Shown here one piece after another: positions 59,864 to 64,000 of a stretch of 64,000 nt of DNA. Source of the DNA: a bacterium (lineage in GTDB: Bacteria; Zhuqueibacterota; Zhuqueibacteria; Residuimicrobiales; Krinioviventaceae); assembly GCA_963675755.2 (NCBI GenBank), contig CAXXMD010000002.1, forward strand, positions 1,312,001 through 1,376,000, read 5' to 3'. Under the pieces are notes generated by a model that saw only the letters and a list, made by a program, of their open reading frames with translations, did not search any database and had not been told where the DNA came from. The position numbers and the translations under genes were made by a program. Position 1 is the stretch's first letter; each line of letters opens with the position of its first letter.

Positions 59864-60850
59864 TTACAGAATTAATGCAGCAGAGCCCCATGTAAATCCG
59901 GCGCCAAATGCCACAAGAACAACAGTTTCGTTTTCTTTTAAACGGCCGGTTTTGACTGCTTCATCCAGTGCAAGAGGAATAGATGCTGCGGATGTGTTAC
60001 CGTAATTGTTCACATTCACAAAAACTTTTTCTGAAGGTAGATTGATGCGTTTGGCTGTTGCGTCAATAATTCGCAGGTTTGCCTGGTGAGAAATGAGTAA
60101 ATCTACATCATCGGATGTAATACCGGATTCTTTGATAACCTTGACAGCGGCGTCACCCATGGATGTTACTGCATATTTAAAAACTTCTCTACCGGCCATC
60201 TGAATATAAAACATTTTATCATCAATATTCTTTTGGGTGGGTAAATTCTTAGTTCCAAAACCGGGAATATGCAGTAAATTGTGAAGGCTGCCATCGCTAT
60301 ATGTCAACGTTTTTAATAAACCGCGTTCACCATCAGAAGGTTTGAGAATCGCTGCACCAGCACCATCACCAAAAAGAACGCAGGTTGTACGGTCGGTATA
60401 ATCTGTAACGCGTGAAAGCAATTCCGCGCCAATAACCAAAATATTTTCAGCTTTTTCAGCCCGAATCAAAGTATCGGCAAGTTCCAATGCATAAATAAAT
60501 CCGGTACATGCTGCTGATATATCAAAAGCAGTAGCATTTACAGCATTTATTTTCTGCTGAACAAAACAGGCAGTAGATGGAAAACCCACATCTCCTGTAA
60601 TGGAAGCCATTATAATATAATCCAGTTCACTGGCATCCATCCCTGCACTTTTCAAAGCATTCAATGCAGCTTCTGCAGCCAGGTCAGATGTATTTTGTCC
60701 TTCTGCTGCTATATGCCGTTTTTCAATTCCGGTACGAGTTCGTATCCATTCATCCGTAGTATCAACAATCTTTTCAAGATCAAAATTGGTAAGCACTTTT
60801 TCAGGAACGGCTGAACCGGTTCCAACAATCATAGATTTTGGTTGTATCAA
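59864..60850 (-). CDS. fabH: 3-oxoacyl-ACP synthase III
   Basis: AACTGF, LFGDGAGA, HQANLRI, GNTSAAS. Confidence 0.95.
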   Translation of the reverse strand: MIQPKSMIVGTGSAVPEKVLTNFDLEKIVDTTDEWIRTRTGIEKRHIAAEGQNTSDLAAEAALNALKSAGMDASELDYIIMASITGDVGFPSTACFVQQKINAVNATAFDISAACTGFIYALELADTLIRAEKAENILVIGAELLSRVTDYTDRTTCVLFGDGAGAAILKPSDGERGLLKTLTYSDGSLHNLLHIPGFGTKNLPTQKNIDDKMFYIQMAGREVFKYAVTSMGDAAVKVIKESGITSDDVDLLISHQANLRIIDATAKRINLPSEKVFVNVNNYGNTSAASIPLALDEAVKTGRLKENETVVLVAFGAGFTWGSAALIL

Positions 60851-60887
60851 TTATTAACTCCATTCATAGTTAGCTAGCCGATTTACA

Positions 60888-61931
60888 TCAATTTTCTACA
60901 GTACTGCTGTCTAGTGATTCCATCTTTTGCTTAATATGATAGTTTACGTTTTCCACAACCATCTTGTTCGCCGCAATTATCGCATTTTTTATGGCGTGCG
61001 GAGTAGATTTTCCATGCGCAATAATACAACACCCATCTACACCAAGTAAAGGGGCGCCGCCGTATTCCTGATAATCAAATGCTTTTTTAATTCCATCAAA
61101 TGTGGGCTTCATCAACAAAGCACCAATTTGAGAAAAAAAGTATTTTCTTACAAAGCGTTTAATACTCACTTTGAACAAACCGAACAAGCTTTCTGCAACT
61201 TTGAGAATAACGTTACCAACAAAACCATCACAAACAACGACATTGGTTTTACCACGAAATATATCGCCGCCTTCAACATTGCCAACAAAATTAAGAGAGC
61301 TTTGCTGAAACAGTTCATTGGCTTTAATTACAGCCTCATTGCCCTTGGAATTTTCATGACCGACACTTAACAATCCTACAGTAGCATCTTCTTTGGCAAA
61401 GATATGAGAATAATAAACTTCGCCCATGATACCAAATTGTAAAAGATCAAGTGGACGGCAATCCACATTGGCGCCCATATCGGTCAACATTACCGGCCCT
61501 TTTTCAGAAGGCAGTAAAGTTCCAATTGCAGGACGCCGTATACCTTTAATACGTTTCAATCCAAACAAGGCCGAAGCCATAACAGCACCGGTATTACCGG
61601 CACTTACAAACGCATCAACCTCACCTTCTTTCAGCATCTTGATTCCTACCGCTATAGATGAATCTTTTTTCTTTAAAGCACTAGAAGGTTGTTCATCCAT
61701 TAAAACAGTTTCGGAAGCATGCACAATTTCCAGAGGCAAGTTCTGTGTATGAAAATGATGTGATATTTCCTCTTCAATCGTTTCTTTATCACCCACCAGA
61801 ACTACGGTATATTGTCCCTTTGAAGCACGAGCAGCTTCTATACCACCATGGACAACATCATGGGGAGCATTGTCCCCTCCCATTGCATCAAGGACGATTT
61901 TATTCAAATCAAACTCCACTTGTTTTTCCAA
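60888..61931 (-). CDS. plsX: Phosphate acyltransferase
   Basis: DAMGGDNAP, SAGNTGA, DMGANVD, CDGFVGN, YGGAPLLG. Confidence 0.95.
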   Translation of the reverse strand: MEKQVEFDLNKIVLDAMGGDNAPHDVVHGGIEAARASKGQYTVVLVGDKETIEEEISHHFHTQNLPLEIVHASETVLMDEQPSSALKKKDSSIAVGIKMLKEGEVDAFVSAGNTGAVMASALFGLKRIKGIRRPAIGTLLPSEKGPVMLTDMGANVDCRPLDLLQFGIMGEVYYSHIFAKEDATVGLLSVGHENSKGNEAVIKANELFQQSSLNFVGNVEGGDIFRGKTNVVVCDGFVGNVILKVAESLFGLFKVSIKRFVRKYFFSQIGALLMKPTFDGIKKAFDYQEYGGAPLLGVDGCCIIAHGKSTPHAIKNAIIAANKMVVENVNYHIKQKMESLDSSTVEN

Positions 61932-61989
61932 AAAACATTTAAATGCAATACAATAATGTCAATTGTGCTTATACTGAAAGGGTTGATCA

Positions 61990-62172
61990 TTATGATTCTC
62001 TGGGAAGAAATATCGAACGGCCTTTGTAATATCCACAATTAGGACACGCACGATGCGGCAGCTTGGGCTGGTGACAATTTGAACATTCTGTAACGGTTGG
62101 AGCTGCAGATTTCCAGTTTGCTCTGCGTTTATCACGACGTGATTTGGACTGTCTTCTTTTAGGTAATGCCAT
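61990..62172 (-). CDS. rpmF: 50S ribosomal protein L32
   Basis: MALPKRRQSKSRRDKRRA, CxxC...HRACPNCGYY. Confidence 0.97.
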   Translation of the reverse strand: MALPKRRQSKSRRDKRRANWKSAAPTVTECSNCHQPKLPHRACPNCGYYKGRSIFLPRES

Positions 62173-62189
62173 TTTATCCTCGTTAATGT

Positions 62190-62696
62190 TTAAGAGTTAA
62201 ATTTAATATTTTTCAGGGCTTCCCAACGCGGATCAATTGTATCTGTTTTACAATCGCACGCTCCTGTATTGAGATTCTTGCCGCACTTGCTGCATAGCCC
62301 TTTACAACTTTCATCACAAACATGTTTATACGGAACTGCTATCAGCAGTGCCTGCCGTACAGATTCCGAAACATCTATAATATTTGAAGAATCAACAATA
62401 GGATAGACATCATCTTCACTCTCATTGTAAATATCCGCATTGGGAGTAAAGATAATATCAATCTCTTCATCAATATCATATTGAAAGGGTTCCAAACACC
62501 GGTCACATTCCAACATGGCATTGGTTACAAGGTGTGTTTTTAAAAAAAACTCGGCACCTACTTTATTGATATTAAATTCTATATTAATATCGTTGCTAAA
62601 CTCTTTACTATCTTCAAGACCTAGTTCTTCGGCCGTGACTGTCCTTTTATCAGAAGTTATACTATCTGAAAAAACGGATATATCTAACTTTAACAC
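62190..62696 (-). CDS. yceD: YceD/DUF177 family protein
   Basis: CDRCL, C.E.CKGLC..CG.NLN...C.C, DPRW; directly upstream of rpmF. Confidence 0.9.
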   Translation of the reverse strand: MLKLDISVFSDSITSDKRTVTAEELGLEDSKEFSNDINIEFNINKVGAEFFLKTHLVTNAMLECDRCLEPFQYDIDEEIDIIFTPNADIYNESEDDVYPIVDSSNIIDVSESVRQALLIAVPYKHVCDESCKGLCSKCGKNLNTGACDCKTDTIDPRWEALKNIKFNS

Positions 62697-62723
62697 GAGT
62701 TTAAATTCTCCAAATCAGTCACA

Positions 62724-62752
62724 AATTTAGCAAAACAAGTTCTAATTGTCAA
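62724..62752 (-). promoter_or_regulatory. sigma70-type promoter for the yceD-rpmF-plsX-fab operon
   Basis: TTGACA-N17-TAAATT with an extended TG. Confidence 0.65.
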
Positions 62753-62785
62753 GGTAAAATTTTAAAATCTGAATTTAATTCACAT

Positions 62786-63199
62786 TCAAAGAACTTCGGA
62801 TGTACTGAAAAAGAAAGAGATCTCTTTTTCAGCATTTTCTGGCGAGTCTGAACCGTGTACAACGTTACGTCTTGTATTTTCAGCAAATTCTTTACGAATT
62901 GTACCCTCGGCAGCATTCTCCGGATCAGTGCTCCCCATTAGTTTACGGTAATCCTGCACCGCGTTTTCCTTTTCCAGTACCAGCAAAATACTGGGACCTT
63001 CAGTCATAAAATCAATCAACGGCTCATAAAAAGGACGACCTTTATGAACACTATAGAACCCTTCAGCTACAGCTTTGGTCATTTTTATCATTTTACAGGC
63101 AATCAGTTTGAAACCTGCCGCTTCAATTTTGGCAATTATTTTTCCACTATGTCCCTGCTCTACACCATCCGGCTTTAAAATAGCTAATGTACGTTCCAT
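62786..63199 (-). CDS. ndk: Nucleoside diphosphate kinase
   Basis: ERTLAILKPD, GTIRKEF, NVVHGSDS. Confidence 0.97.
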   Translation of the reverse strand: MERTLAILKPDGVEQGHSGKIIAKIEAAGFKLIACKMIKMTKAVAEGFYSVHKGRPFYEPLIDFMTEGPSILLVLEKENAVQDYRKLMGSTDPENAAEGTIRKEFAENTRRNVVHGSDSPENAEKEISFFFSTSEVL

Positions 63200-63232
63200 A
63201 TTCTGGTTCTCCTTTTATAACTGGTACGGGTT

Positions 63233-63781
63233 TTACAGTTTCTCTCCTTCTTCAAGACCTACTTGAAAAGCTTTGAAATTGAGCTCTTCGGTGCCTTTGG
63301 GTACTCGGGCTTCTATTGCCTGTCGAAGGGCATCCTGTGAAACAATCTTGGATACGTTTGCAATAATTCCCAAAGCAACAATATTTGCAACAAGGGAACG
63401 CCCCACTTTTTCAGTAGCTAAACGAATGATTGGCGCTTTAATTACTTTGAATCCGGGATTATCACCGGGATTCACAGCATCCTGATCAATTATTACGACA
63501 CCATCTTTTTTAACATCATGACTGTATTTATCAAAAGATTCCTGCGTTAGAGCCAGCAGCAAATCGATATTAACAGCCTTGGGATAATCAATATCGCCAT
63601 CAGAAATAATTACTTCTGAACGACTTGCGCCGCCACGGGCCTCGGGACCATAAGACTGACTTTGTGTAGCATTCAACTCATCATAAATGGCTGCTGCTTC
63701 TGCCAGAATTTTACCGGCCAATACCAATCCCTGGCCTCCCTCACCACTTAAACGGACCTCATAGCGAAAACTCATAACCAT
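63233..63781 (-). CDS. korC: 2-oxoacid:ferredoxin oxidoreductase gamma subunit
   Basis: GEGGQG, QSYGPEARGGAS, NIVALG. Confidence 0.9.
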   Translation of the reverse strand: MVMSFRYEVRLSGEGGQGLVLAGKILAEAAAIYDELNATQSQSYGPEARGGASRSEVIISDGDIDYPKAVNIDLLLALTQESFDKYSHDVKKDGVVIIDQDAVNPGDNPGFKVIKAPIIRLATEKVGRSLVANIVALGIIANVSKIVSQDALRQAIEARVPKGTEELNFKAFQVGLEEGEKL

Positions 63782-63799
63782 TGCTCCAAATATTTAAGA

Positions 63800-64000
63800 C
63801 TATTTATTGTATTGATCAATAATTTTTTGATATTCTTCACGAAATTCGGGTTTTTCTTCATCAACAAAAACACCCGTTACTATTTTTTCTGCAAGTTCTT
63901 GTGGCAATAATTTTTCTGCCTTTAAAACCGGAATACTGTCTTTTTTCTGCTGTTTGAGCATCTCAACTCCATTGCCCATTTTATTTCGACGTCCATAGGT
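63800..64000 (-). CDS. korB: 2-oxoacid:ferredoxin oxidoreductase beta subunit, 3' end
   Basis: Manual translation TYGRRNKMG...KIVTGVFVDEEKPEF...; sits upstream of the gamma subunit. Confidence 0.75.
   Translation of the reverse strand, partial: TYGRRNKMGNGVEMLKQQKKDSIPVLKAEKLLPQELAEKIVTGVFVDEEKPEFREEYQKIIDQYNK

Noticed and set aside
168-63485. Numerous short ORFs in the track antisense to, or out of frame within, long genes (e.g. 43621-44331, 49756-50553, 57486-58019)
   Set aside because: They are shadows of well-supported genes and have no motifs of their own.
1-64000. tRNA and rRNA genes
   Set aside because: No cloverleaf or rRNA-like sequence seen in any intergenic region.

Overview
AT-rich bacterial chromosomal window with almost all genes on the - strand. 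The many signal-peptide proteins with 'YPNPFNP...CILLK' sorting tails suggest an FCB-associated lineage such as KSB1 or Calditrichota (inference). Layout: (1) 1-13.3 kb, a mostly secreted carbohydrate-utilisation operon behind a LacI-type operator; (2) 14.6-27 kb, four tandem ~1000-aa secreted paralogs, each with 3 copies of an unrecognised ~160-aa domain, 3 PKD domains and a sorting tail, and with mosaic ancestry; (3) 29.3-42 kb, a signalling island with an Opp/Dpp ABC importer, a GAF histidine kinase, a peptide-binding lipoprotein, a Ser/Thr kinase-degenerate STAND-TPR protein, a sigma54-preceded ZU5-like lipoprotein ending in an HF/S motif, and a pseudo-histidine kinase; (4) 46.6-49.5 kb, a small plastic island with a RAYT and its REPs, multi-hairpin repeats, an MNT gene pair and a small ORF with an occluded RBS; (5) 49.5-64 kb, housekeeping genes (thrAC, acyl-CoA dehydrogenase, rnc-fab-plsX-rpmF with an inserted CsgG/TPR lipoprotein, ndk, korCB). 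The best candidates for undescribed biology are the peptide-signalling island and the PKD array. All calls come from reading motifs by eye; no searches were run.
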